Source of the DNA: an uncultured Verrucomicrobiae bacterium
GTDB lineage: Bacteria > Verrucomicrobiota > Verrucomicrobiia > Limisphaerales > BOG-1460
Direction of reading: 5' to 3'
NCBI GenBank assembly: GCA_963760675.1
Contig: CAVXEG010000005.1
Coordinates: 46,904 to 110,903 of the forward strand
Length of the DNA: 64,000 nt
A program made the translations under genes and the position numbers. Of the stretch, positions 33,135 to 47,565 are shown piece after piece. The notes under the pieces are model-generated. The model saw only the letters and a program-made list of their open reading frames with translations. It was not told the origin of the DNA and made no database searches. The number at the start of each line of letters is the position of its first letter. Position 1 is the first letter of the stretch.

Positions 33135-33627
33135 ATGCGACACCTTAAGCGAACCGCCAAGTTGGGCCGCACCGGCGAACATCGGAACGCGATGCTGGCC
33201 AACCTGGTTTGCAGCCTGATCAAGCACAAGCGCGTCACCACCACCCTGGCCAAGGCCAAGGCCGCCCGTTCCGTGGCGGAGAAGATGGTCACGCTCGGCA
33301 AGAGCGGCACCATTCACGACCGCCGCCTGGCCGCTGCGCGCCTGCACCAGGAGGACGCGGTGAAAATCCTGTTCAACGAAATCGCTCCCGCGCAAAAGGA
33401 GCGCCACGGCGGCTACACCCGCATCGTGAAGCTGAACCAGCGCCAGGGCGACGCCGCGCAGACGCGCCATCCTCGAATGGGTGGACATGCCGGTTGTGAC
33501 GGAAGAGCCGAAGACCGAAGAGCCTGCCACGGAAACCAGACCCACCGAAGAGCCGAAGGAGGAAAAGGCGGAGAAAGAAAGCCGCGGCAAAAAGAAGAAG
33601 GAAGAGGCTGCGGAAGTCAAAACCTGA
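33135..33627 (+). CDS. rplQ: 50S ribosomal protein L17 with acidic C-terminal tail (indel)
   Basis: MRHLKRTAKLGR...TTLAKAK...RHGGYTRIVK...RQGDAA. Confidence 0.95.
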
Positions 33628-33650
33628 TTTACGGCTGAAATTAAACCAGG

Positions 33651-33679
33651 AAGCCCGTTCGTGAGAACGGGCTTTTTTT
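33651..33679 (+). terminator. Rho-independent terminator of the ribosomal superoperon
   Basis: AAGCCCGTTC-GTGA-GAACGGGCTT followed by a T-run. Confidence 0.9.
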
Positions 33680-33732
33680 ATCTTGGAGTCAGATGATTTA
33701 ACGCTCGCCCTCACTCCAAGAGAAGTTAGGGG

Positions 33733-34464
33733 TTATGCCATATACTGAATTACGCCGTTGGGCTGGATGTATCTAGCGTAGGTGAATTGCAGCAAACCCA
33801 AATTGTCTTCACCAAACCCCGTTGCAAATCCAACAAGCCTTATCGGTCGATTCTCCCAAATCACAAAGCAAGGACACCCGCTTATTCCGCCAAAGTCACG
33901 AGCACGCAATCTGAATTTTGATACATCGGCGAAGAACTTGGAGACTCCTACCTGTGTCGCTGTGACCGCTATCGGCTGACGGACAAAACCAACTGAACTT
34001 TGATTGTCCTCTCTGCCTTTGCCCGGAAAACCAATCATGTAAAGGTTCTCGCCGTTGTTCAATTTGGGAGGACGGTTTGCATGAACATTGAAAAATTGAA
34101 GTCCTTGGGGAGTGAACGCATCCAAAATAGTCCCCATGTCGAAGGTGGCTAGGTCGCAACGTCTGCATTCATCGACAAACAACGAATCCGGATCAGGAAT
34201 CATTATCGGGTTAAATATGTCTATGCAGAGCCCGAACATGAGCTCTGGCTTTTCGGCGCGTAACTTTTTGAATTCATTCCAGACATGATGGCAGGTGATG
34301 AGCAACTTCATTTTTCCGGTGTCGATAAGCCCAAAACTACCGTTCGCAAAAATATTCCCCTTTGGAGTTGTCATGGACGACGTGAAGAATATTGGCCCAC
34401 AGTGTTGGCGCACTGCTGGGTCAACTAAGAAAGCAAGGTGGTCCAACATCTCCTGTCCCCTCAT
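33733..34464 (-). CDS. Low-GC hypothetical protein, probable trypsin-like serine peptidase
   Basis: Ordered ITCHHV, DLA, IGFPG and GGISGCPCF motifs match the His-Asp-Ser layout; no signal peptide. Confidence 0.55.
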   Translation of the reverse strand: MRGQEMLDHLAFLVDPAVRQHCGPIFFTSSMTTPKGNIFANGSFGLIDTGKMKLLITCHHVWNEFKKLRAEKPELMFGLCIDIFNPIMIPDPDSLFVDECRRCDLATFDMGTILDAFTPQGLQFFNVHANRPPKLNNGENLYMIGFPGKGREDNQSSVGFVRQPIAVTATQVGVSKFFADVSKFRLRARDFGGISGCPCFVIWENRPIRLVGFATGFGEDNLGLLQFTYARYIQPNGVIQYMA

Positions 34465-34562
34465 AGTGATTTCCAGTGATATAAACCGCCGGAAGGGGAT
34501 TGGATTATAGTTCACCCGTAACAAATTCTCGACAATTGCTTTGCGATCCTCAATTTTTTGTT

Positions 34563-35129
34563 GTGAACCGCTGCGCCTGGGCCAAAGGGGATCTCTACAT
34601 CGCCTATCACGACCGCGAATGGGGTGTGCCGTCACATGATGACCGCCACCTTTTTGAAATGCTGATTTTGGAGGGCGCGCAGGCAGGACTGAGTTGGAGC
34701 ACTATCCTGAATAAGCGCGAAAATTATCGCCGCGCGTTCGACCGATTCGATCCGCGCAAAGTCGCCAAGTACGATGCGCGGAAAATGCGGTCGCTTCTGG
34801 CCAATGCGGGGATCGTTCGCAACCGCCTCAAAATCGCCGCAGCGGTGCAAAACGCGAAAGCGTTCCTCGGCATTCAAAGGGAATACGGCAGCTTCGAAAA
34901 CTATATCTGGCAATTCGTCGGCGGACGACCGATTCAGAACCGGTGGACATCTCTTAAGGAAGTTCCCGCCCGTACGCCCGAGTCGGACGCGATGAGCAAA
35001 GATTTGATCAAATACGGATTCAAATTCGTTGGATCAACGATCTGCTATGCCTTCATGCAAGCCGTGGGCATGGTGAACGATCACACGATAGATTGCTTTC
35101 GCTATTCCGAAATCCATTCCAGCCGCTGA
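34563..35129 (+). CDS. tag: DNA-3-methyladenine glycosylase I
   Basis: [33 protein letters not shown]...C. Confidence 0.95.
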   Translation: MNRCAWAKGDLYIAYHDREWGVPSHDDRHLFEMLILEGAQAGLSWSTILNKRENYRRAFDRFDPRKVAKYDARKMRSLLANAGIVRNRLKIAAAVQNAKAFLGIQREYGSFENYIWQFVGGRPIQNRWTSLKEVPARTPESDAMSKDLIKYGFKFVGSTICYAFMQAVGMVNDHTIDCFRYSEIHSSR

Positions 35130-35140
35130 ACCGTGGGAGC

Positions 35141-39131
<3,991 letters not shown>

Positions 39132-39189
39132 GGGCGCAATTTAGCCGAAGGAACGGGCGAAGCCAAGCTAAAAATCAACGTATCTGGAT

Positions 39190-39610
39190 ATGATGATATG
39201 AACTGAGCGTCATCCTGCAACAGTTTCGTCGCGGTGGTACGGTCCGGCATGGAGTCCACCGGCACGTTTGCCGCCAGACCATAGATTTGAATGAACTCGG
39301 TGAGACCATTTGGTGGGATGCCGTTTCGCTTCATCCAGGGCGAGCGCGTTGCGGAATCGTCCGAGGTCGAGATAGGTCCGGTAGGTTTTCGGAACAGAAA
39401 CGTAATCCGACAAGTGTTTCTGCGCTTCCCACAATCGCTGGGATTGATCTCCGTTGACGGCTTCATCGTCTGTGTTAATGCCGCCGATCGCTTCGCCTTG
39501 TTCATCCTGGAGCGAGGTGAACGTGCCCCATTCGTGAACGGTCCATTGCGATTGCGCTCGGGATTCTGAAGTGATGAGCAAGGTGAGCACGACTGTGCCA
39601 ATTACGTGGC
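39190..39610 (-). pseudogene. Remnant of a secreted protein with a VHEWGTFTS motif
   Basis: Signal-like VVLTLLITSESRA, then WTVHEWGTFTSLQDE; too short, no clean start, frame break near the end. Confidence 0.45.
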
Positions 39611-39786
39611 GGGCGGCTTTTATGGGTTTCGCTTGAATCACAGCCACGGTTTGTCCCGAGTCAAATCGACTGCCTCGCATCATTCGGCAGGAACTGCCAG
39701 AATGAACCGATCCAACGCGCTTCTTCCAAAAATTGGCTTGTTTGCAACATCTTTTGGCAAAACGTCGCTCGCGGGCCACTCGTCCG

Positions 39787-39814
39787 TTGACACCCCCCCC
39801 GCCTTTGTTAGAGT
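39787..39814 (+). promoter_or_regulatory. Putative sigma70 promoter of ppdK
   Basis: TTGACA-N16 (includes C8)-TAGAGT. Confidence 0.55.
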
Positions 39815-39887
39815 CCCAACGTTTTCTGCGGAGTTCTTCCGACGGAATTGAGACTCGACCACGAACTTTTAAAGACTGGATTGATTT

Positions 39888-42644
39888 ATGGCCAAAGCAT
39901 CGAAATCAGTGAAATACGTTTACCTGTTTGGAAACAAGAAGGCCGACGGCGACGGCTCCATGAAGCCGCTGCTCGGCGGCAAAGGCGCGAACCTCGCCGA
40001 GATGAGCCGCATCGGGTTGCCCGTGCCGCCCGGCTTCACCATCACCACCGAGGTCTGCACTTATTATTACGCACAACAAGAAGACCTACCCCAAAGTTCT
40101 CGATCCGCAGGTCAAGGCCGGCGTCGCCTTCATCGAAAAGATCATGGGCACGAAATTCGGCGACAAGACCGCCATGCCGCTGCTGGTCTCCGTCCGCTCC
40201 GGCGCGCGCGATTCGATGCCGGGCATGATGGACACGATTCTGAATCTCGGCCTCAACGACGAGACCGTGCTGGCGCTGGTCGACCGCCACGAAGAACGAG
40301 CGCTTCGCCTGGGATTGTTACCGCCGGTTCATCCAGATGTATGGCGACGTCGTCATGGGCGTGCAGAAGAGGCCCGGCGAAGATCACGAGCCGTTTGAAG
40401 TGGTCATTCACGCGCTCAAGCACGAACGCTATCACGCGGACATCGAAGACACGAAACTCACCGTCGATGACCTGAAGGAACTCGTCGTCCGCTTCAAGGC
40501 GCTGATCAAGGAGCGCACCGGCAAGGAATTTCCGCAGGACCCGTGGAAGCAGCTCTGGGGCGCTACCGGCGCTGTGTTCGGTTCCTGGATGAACGACCGC
40601 GCGATCGTTTATCGCCGCAAATACAACATTCCCTCCGAATGGGGAACCGCCGTCAACGTGCAGGCGATGGTCTATGGCAACACCGGTGACAAGTCCGGTT
40701 CCGGCGTCGCCTTCACGCGCGATCCGGCCACCGGCGAGAAGGTGTTCTACGGCGAATTTCTCATCAACGCCCAGGGCGAAGACGTCGTCGCCGGCGTGCG
40801 CACGCCCGAACCCGTCGCGCAGCTCGAAGAACCAGATGCCCGACGCCTTCGCGGAACTGGAGAACATCCGCAAGACTCTGGAGAAGCACTTCAAGGACGT
40901 GCAGGATTTCGAGTTCACGATTCAGGACGGCAAGGTCTTCATGCTCCAGACCCGCAACGGCAAGCGCACCGGCCATGGCCGCGGTGCAGTTCTGCCATGG
41001 AGATGGAGAAGGAGAAGCTCATCGACTGGAAGACGGCCATCCGCCGCGTTCCGGCCGATCAGCTCGACCAGGTGCTCGCGCCGATCTTCGATCGCGCAGG
41101 CAGTCAAGGCGGCCAAAGTGCATCGCGCGAGGTCTGCCCGCCGGTCCGGGCGCTGCCTCCGGCAAGATGTATCTCAACGCCGAGCGCGCGGTCGCTGCCG
41201 CCGCAAAAGGCGAAAAGGTTTTGCTCGTCCGCAACGAAACCTCGCCCGAAGACTTGCGCGGCATGATCGCCGCCGAAGGCATCCTGACCGCGAAAGGCGG
41301 CGTCAGTTCGCACGCGGCGCTGGTCGCCCGCCAGATGGGCAAGGTCTGCGTTTGCGGCGCGCGCGCGCTGCAGATTGATTACGCCACCAAGACCGTCGCC
41401 GTGAACGGCACGACTTCAACGAAGGCGACTTCCTCTCCATCAACGGCACGCCGGCGAAGTCTATCCCGGCCAACTCACGACCGCCGCGTCGGAAATCGTT
41501 CAGGTGCTCGTCGAGAAATCCCTCGACGGCGAAGGAGAGCGAGACCTACAAGATGTTCAAGCAACTGATGGACTGGTGCTCCAAGGTCACCACGCTTGCA
41601 GGTCCGCACCAACGCCGACACGCCGGAGCAGACCGCCAACGCCGTCGCGTTCGGCGCCACGGGCATCGGCCTTTGCCGCACCGAGCACATGTTCTTCGAA
41701 GGCAACCGCATCGACGCCATGCGCGAAATGATTCTCGCGGACAATGTCGAGGACCGGAAGAAGGCGCTGGCCAAGTTGCTGCCTTACCAGAAGGGCGACT
41801 TCGCCGGCATCTTCAAGCGAACTGAAAGGTCTACCCGGCCACGATCCGTTTCCTCGACCCGCCGCTGCACGAATTCCTGCCGCACGAGGACGCCGCGCAG
41901 AACGACCTGGCGACAAAAATGGGCGTGCCCGTCGAGAAGATCAAACAGCGCGTGAAGGAGCTGCACGAGTTCAATCCGATGCTCGGCTTCCGCGGCTGCC
42001 GCCTGGGCATCGTCTATCCGGAAATCTCCGAGATGCAGGCCCGCGCGGTGTTCGAAGCCGCGGCCGAAGTGCAGAAGTCCGGCATCAAGGTGAAGCCGGA
42101 AATCATGATCCCGCTCGTCGGGTTCAAGAAGGAACTCGATCTCCAGGTCGAAGTCGTCCATCGCGTCGCCAAGGAAGTCATGGCCGAGAAGAAGGTGAAG
42201 CTCAACTACCTCGTCGGCACCATGATCGAAGTGCCGCGCGGCGCGCTCACGGCGGACGAAATCGCGCAGACCGCGGAGTTCTTCAGCTTCGGCACCAACG
42301 ACCTGACGCAAACCTGCCTGGGCATGAGCCGCGACGATTCCGGCTCGTTCCTGCCGCCCTATCAGGAGCTGGAAATCATGAAGAAGAATCCGTTCGCCTC
42401 GATCGACCAGACCGGCGTCGGCCAGCTGATGAAGATCGCGGTCGAGAAAGGGCAGCAGCACGCGCCCGGACATCAAGCTCGGCATCTGCGGCGAACACGG
42501 CGGCGACCCGGATCAGTGAAGTTCTGCCATCGCATCGGCCTGACCTACGTGAGTTGCTCGCCGTTCCGCGTGCCCGTCGCGCGACTCGCTGCCGCGCAGG
42601 CCGCGCTTGAAGAGGAAGCCGCGAAGAAGGCGAAGAAGAAGTAA
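39888..42644 (+). CDS. ppdK: Pyruvate, phosphate dikinase (indels)
   Basis: [38 protein letters not shown] (phospho-His), [19 protein letters not shown]. Confidence 0.97.
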
Positions 42645-42646
42645 TA

Positions 42647-42701
42647 TGAAGCGGCGGCTGTGACCGCCGCTCGATTTCGTCGCTCACAGAGCGACGCTAC
42701 A
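42647..42701. repeat. REPIN-like inverted pair of palindromes
   Basis: GCGGCGG-CTGTGA-CCGCCGC and CGTCGCT-CACAG-AGCGACG-CTACA (GTAG-type end). Confidence 0.65.
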
Positions 42702-42731
42702 AAGCCGCTCCGCAAAAACCGGGGCGGCTTT
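42701..42731. terminator. Likely bidirectional terminator between ppdK and the ABC1 kinase
   Basis: AAAGCCGCTCCG...CGGGGCGGCTTT. Confidence 0.7.
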
Positions 42732-42745
42732 GCTTTTAATATGCC

Positions 42746-44410
42746 TCACGGCCCTCGGCTCTTGCGTTTGCTCTTGTGATCCTGCCAGAGAATGTTCAAC
42801 ACGAGGCAAAGGCCGCCGGCTGCCGCTGTAAGGAAACACAGAATCGCCAGCCCGGGATAGCCAAAAAGCTGAAATGAAGTGTCAACGCGCATCAGCAGAG
42901 CGGCGCCTACAATCAGGGCTGAGAGAATCAGGCCCATCGTGATGCGGTTGGCCACCTTTTGGAAGCTCTCGATGAGGAATTGCGTTTCGGCCGGTTTGAC
43001 CTTCACGTTCAACTCGGCATTGCCAATCGCATCGAGAATCTTGGTTAACCGGGCAGGAAGCGCGCCGAAGAACTGCTTCACTTCGAGCAGCGAAGAAAAG
43101 AGTTTGCCTTCGGTGAGCACTGATTTCATCCGGCGATTCAGGATTTGGCCGGCGTTGCGGCGGATGGATTCGTTCGGATCGAAATCCGGCGCGAGGATTT
43201 GGCCAATTTGATCCAATTGCAGCAGCGTCTTGCCCAACAGCGTGAGTTCGATTGGAACATATAGGCCGGTATCGGCTGCGCTGCGGCCCACGTCCAGCAA
43301 CGCGCGGCCAATGTCCATCTGGCCAATCGTGCTGTTGTGTTGCTCGGCCACGAGCTCGCCGATTTTGTGACGGAATTGCGTTTCGTCGAAATTATCGCTC
43401 GTATCACTGATGCGAATGGCGATGTCAGCCGCTTCGTCGCTTTCGCCTTCGGTGACCGCGAGCAACAGCTTCAACAGATTTTCCTGCATGGCGGGCGTCG
43501 TGTGGCCAACCATCCCGAGGTCCAGCAGGGCAATGCAATGATCTTCCGTTAACAGAACGTTCCCCGGGTGCGGATCGGCGTGGAATGTGCCGTCGATGAG
43601 AATCTGTTTTAGATAGGCATGGAAAAGTTCCTCGGCCAACGCGGGTCCGTTGAGGTCAAGATGCACGAGCGGACTTAGCTCGGTAATCTTCGTGCCTTCG
43701 ATGTATTCCATCGTCAGAATCCGGTGCGTCGTGTAATCCGCGACCGGAAGCGGCACGCGGATGCGCCGAAACTCCTTCATGCGTTCCGCGAGCGCGGTCA
43801 TATTCGCGGCTTCGCGACGATAATCAAGTTCGTGGGCGATGGTGGTTTCAAATTCCTGCAGAATCTTCAACAACTGATAACGCTGGCCGAAATTCGTGTG
43901 GCGCTGGAGCGCGCGCGCAATTTCCTCAAGCGCGGCGAAGTCATCTTCAATCTGCTTGTGGATGTTCAACCGCTGGACTTTGACGACGACCGGCCTCCCA
44001 TCGTGCAACGCTGCGCGGTGCACCTGGCCCAGCGAAGCCGCTGCGAGCGGTTCCGGATCAAAAAAGGAAAACGCCTTCGAGATTTTTGTGCCCAGCTCCT
44101 TCTCGACGATGAACTCCACGTCGCTGAAGGGAAAAGGCTTCACCTCATCCTGCAATCGCGACAGCGCCTTAAGGAAGCGCTCCGGCAGCAGATCAGCGCG
44201 GCTGGAAAGAAGCTGGCCGAGTTTCACGAAGGTGGGACCAAGGCGCTCCAGATCATTCGGCAACTCTTCGGCGTGGCGGCGCCCGTCGCCACCGAGGCTG
44301 CTCGCGTCACCATCGAAACCAAATTTCGAGACGATGCCGGGTTAGCCGTACTTCGCGAAAAGCAGCGCGAGGTCTTTGTACCGTTTAAGATGATGCGACG
44401 AAAACTTCAT
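42746..44410 (-). CDS. ABC1/UbiB (AarF) family atypical kinase (indel in N-terminus)
   Basis: LGPTFVKLGQ, AAASLGQVH, VVKVQR, FHADPHPGN, LDLGM. Confidence 0.92.
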
Positions 44411-44494
44411 GAGCGCGTTTTTGATTCAGTTCATCACACCGTCGTCCAGGATTCATCATGTCACAAGTAGGGTAGTTCCTCATGTAATGGCGGC

Positions 44495-45399
44495 GTGGTG
44501 CGGACGGCGCGCTGCGCCGTCCGTTTCGATCATCCCGACGCAATAACGCTGTCTCACAGAAAGAATCCATGCGGCGTTGCCAGCAAGCTTCTCCTTTACG
44601 GCGATGCGCCCGGAGTTATGATGCTTGTGAGGGAATTATGTATCAGCACACGCAATTCGGCGGGCTCATATCGAGCGCCTTCGCAGCCGCGTTGGTGCTT
44701 GAACTGATCATCGGTTTCGTGCTGCCGCCCGTGCTTCTCTTGATTCCACTTCTCCTCTTTGTCTGGCTGCTGTTTTTCAATCTCACGGTCAGGGTAAATG
44801 GTGAATTCGTGCGGCTGAGATTCGGCGTCGGCTTGATTCGAAAACAATTTCGCCTGGACGACATCCAATCCGTCCAGCCGGTGCGAAACGCATGGTGGCA
44901 AGGCTGGGGAATCCATCTGACGGCGGGAGGCTGGTTGTTCAACGTGTCCGGGAAGGAAGCCGTGCAATTGGAAATGAAGGATGGCAGACGTTATCGCATC
45001 GGCACGGACGAACCAGAGAAGCTGGCCGAAGCCATTCGTGTGAGGCTTGCAGCGTAGCGCAGGCGTCGCGCTGCGACGTCTGGACAGCTCTATCTCAATC
45101 AACTCTTAAAACCGCTTGCCACCCAAGGCCGACGTAGGCCGAAAACATACATGGTGGGAATGGTCGCGCTGCGCGGAGAGGGAGAATCATATTGCCGGTC
45201 CAGTTGCACCCGAGACGCAATCGCCCGAAAGCGGGAAGTGTCTGAATTTGGCTTCGCGGTGGGGCGAGGTCCTCGCGACCGAGGACAGCCGGCTGCGGCT
45301 CGTCAGTAGCCTCGCCCCACCATGGAGACACCACAGGGTGGGAATGGCCGCGCTGCGACCATTCATTCACCGGCTCGTCGCAGCGCGACGAGCCCCACC
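44495..45399. repeat. Cluster of REP-like palindromes with a CGC-GCT-GCG core, plus a GGTGGGGCGAGG...CCTCGCCCCACC pair
   Basis: Copies near 44501, 45054, 45153, 45337 and 45371 (inverted); inverted pair at 45258-45321; a further copy at 49233. Confidence 0.7.
44638..45057 (+). CDS. Small membrane protein with a bacterial PH-like domain
   Basis: Two TM helices, then LDDIQSV...GWGI...YRIGTDEPEKL. Confidence 0.65.
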   Translation: MYQHTQFGGLISSAFAAALVLELIIGFVLPPVLLLIPLLLFVWLLFFNLTVRVNGEFVRLRFGVGLIRKQFRLDDIQSVQPVRNAWWQGWGIHLTAGGWLFNVSGKEAVQLEMKDGRRYRIGTDEPEKLAEAIRVRLAA

Positions 45400-45479
45400 A
45401 CTTCTTCGGACGCCGCAGCGCGGCGTCACTACTTAAAGTCTCTGCCTTAAAGATTGCCTTCACGCGCGCGCGCCGAATA

Positions 45480-46290
45480 ATGCTTCGCGTGTCCGCCGCG
45501 CCAGCCGCCGAAACCGCCGCCGTCAGGCCGCCCTTGAAATGGGCCGGCGGCAAACGCTGGCTCGTGCCGCATCTCCGGCCGCTCTGGGAACCGTTCTCCG
45601 ACCGCCGGCTTGTCGAGCCGTTCTGCGGCGGGCTCGCCGTCGCGCTCGGCCTCATGCCGCAACGCGCGCTGCTCAACGACCGCAACCCGCACCTCATTCA
45701 CTTCTATTCCTGGCTCAAGCGCGGGCTGAAAATTTCCATCCCGATGGAGAACGACGAGAAACTCTTTTACGCGCACCGCGCAGCGGTTCAATCAACTGCT
45801 CCGCGACGGCAAAGACGAAAGCGGCGAAGCCGCGGCACTGTTCTATTATTTGAACCGGACGGGCTACAACGGCCTGTGCCGGTTCAATCGCAGCGGCGAA
45901 TTCAACGTGCCGTTCGGTCGACTACAAGCGGATCAACTACACGCGCGATTTCTCTGCCTACAAGCAAGCGTTCGCGAACTGGGATTTCATGCACGGCGAT
46001 TTTGAATCCGTGCCGCTGCGCGCGGACGACTTTGTGTATGCCGATCCGCCGTACGACGTGGAGTTCACGCAATACTCGAAGGAAGTGTTCGGCTGGGACG
46101 AACAGGTGCGCACGGCGGAATGGCTGGCTAAGCATAAAGGTCCGGTGATTCTGTCAAATCAGGCGACGGACAATATAGTTGCAGCTTTACGAACGGCTCG
46201 GATACGACCTATTCTTTCTCGACGCGCCCCGGCGTATCAGTTGCACGGGAGACCGAACCCCAGCAAGAGAAGTTCTAGCGTTGAAACGCG
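45480..46290 (+). CDS. Dam/DpnM-family (D12 class) N6-adenine DNA methyltransferase (indels; no stop before the next ORF)
   Basis: [28 protein letters not shown]...FNVPFG, VYADPPY, C-terminal RRISC...REVLA. Confidence 0.9.
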
Positions 46291-46334
46291 AAGAACGAAG
46301 CTCCAAGCAGGTTCTTGTGTCGGAGGCATTGAAG

Positions 46335-46661
46335 ATGAGCATTAAAGAATGGCTGCTTCAGAACAACTATGAGGATGTTTTGGGAAAAATAAACGCCGTT
46401 GAAAATGGCTGGGAGAAAAGGGGGACAAAGACACGGCGAAATTGGGGTGATGTTTTGGCAGGACATAAGGATGGAGGCTCCAAAATCATTGAGGGTGTAA
46501 AATTTCCTGTTTTGTGCGCCGCAAGAAAGAGAAAGGGCTGGCCCATTACCGAGACGTGCCTCTGCCGAAATCCGAACGAGAAGATGCCCTCAGTCGCGCC
46601 GCAGATCAGATGGGAAAAATGTAAAACTCATTCTCACGACACGGAGGACGACAATGGCTGA
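46335..46661 (+). CDS. Hypothetical basic 108-aa protein or domain, in frame with the MTase C-terminus
   Basis: GGAGG 8 nt upstream of ATG 46335; ORF 46179-46661 is open across the junction; low GC. Confidence 0.6.
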   Translation: MSIKEWLLQNNYEDVLGKINAVENGWEKRGTKTRRNWGDVLAGHKDGGSKIIEGVKFPVLCAARKRKGWPITETCLCRNPNEKMPSVAPQIRWEKCKTHSHDTEDDNG

Positions 46662-47520
46662 CTACGGAGAGCAAGAGAAAGCATTTGGATTCCTGTTGGA
46701 AAAGTTCAACAGCCAAGAGCTTTTCTCGTTGGAGCAATTTGCCAATGCAGCAGGCTGGGACGTCGGAAGCTCTACATTCAAAACCTATTTCTCCAAGCAG
46801 TTTGAAGGACTTTTGATCAAGAGCGGTAATTTATATGGAGTAAGTCAGCTTTTTCTAAAATACAATGAGTGGCGAAAATTCCGCGACAGTGTCGTAACTC
46901 AGAAACGAATCCTTAGGCGCGACTACACTGCTTCGAGCTATGAAAATGTCATCATGTTTGAGTTCTTCATGCCGCTTACGAATGAAGCTTCCTTGCGGAT
47001 GGCGCTTGACGCTCTCTTCTTCAAAGACTCGATAAAATTCAGATTGAAAGCGGTTCTCCAAAGTAACCTCGTCGCAGTTTTCCCGAGAAAGGAGGCTGAG
47101 AAAGAAGATGACTACTTTCAGAGAATATTCGACTGGGTTTCAGAGAAGTTTGTGGGTTATTCCATTGGGCACGTTGCCGGACGATTCAGGACGTGCGATC
47201 TCAAAACCAGAAAAGAGGTCTATGAAGCTGCGGCGGCATCGAACTCGCAACTGTACTTAGTGGATGAAACGACAGCCATTGTTCGGTTTATCATTCCGTG
47301 CGGTGGTGACGTGAAGAACCATTTTCTTTCCGAGAACAAACCAGCGCAACTGCCACTAGATAAGGTTTCCAAACTCGAAGCTGAGGCAACGATGATCAGG
47401 TGGTTTTTCAATACACTTTTCGTGTCCAGCATTCTTGAGCTTGTAAACGGCGAAGATCAAATTTGGCTTTTGGAGAGCGGAATGCATAATCAGCTTCACG
47501 TCTGGAAGGTTAAGGAATAG
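46654..47520 (+). CDS. Hypothetical 288-aa protein, possible N-terminal winged helix
   Basis: Intact low-GC ORF overlapping the previous stop; FSLEQFANAAGW...TFKTYFSK HTH-like pattern. Confidence 0.75.
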   Translation: MADYGEQEKAFGFLLEKFNSQELFSLEQFANAAGWDVGSSTFKTYFSKQFEGLLIKSGNLYGVSQLFLKYNEWRKFRDSVVTQKRILRRDYTASSYENVIMFEFFMPLTNEASLRMALDALFFKDSIKFRLKAVLQSNLVAVFPRKEAEKEDDYFQRIFDWVSEKFVGYSIGHVAGRFRTCDLKTRKEVYEAAAASNSQLYLVDETTAIVRFIIPCGGDVKNHFLSENKPAQLPLDKVSKLEAEATMIRWFFNTLFVSSILELVNGEDQIWLLESGMHNQLHVWKVKE

Positions 47521-47565
47521 GCAATGATGTCTTTGTGACGGCTCGCGTTTAACTGTTGATCGGCA

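Noticed and set aside
20365-33627. Pseudogenised or programmed-frameshift ribosomal operon
   Set aside because: These are essential genes with scattered indels, no slippery-site pattern and otherwise conserved sequence; sequencing or consensus error is far more likely
32526-33638. Apparent RpoA-L17 fusion ORF
   Set aside because: Created by an indel near 32970; rplQ has its own AGGAG SD and ATG at 33135
34465-34635. N-terminal extensions of the 300-aa minus ORF and the 209-aa tag ORF
   Set aside because: They overlap each other head-to-head; starts at 34464 (-) and 34563 (+) resolve the overlap
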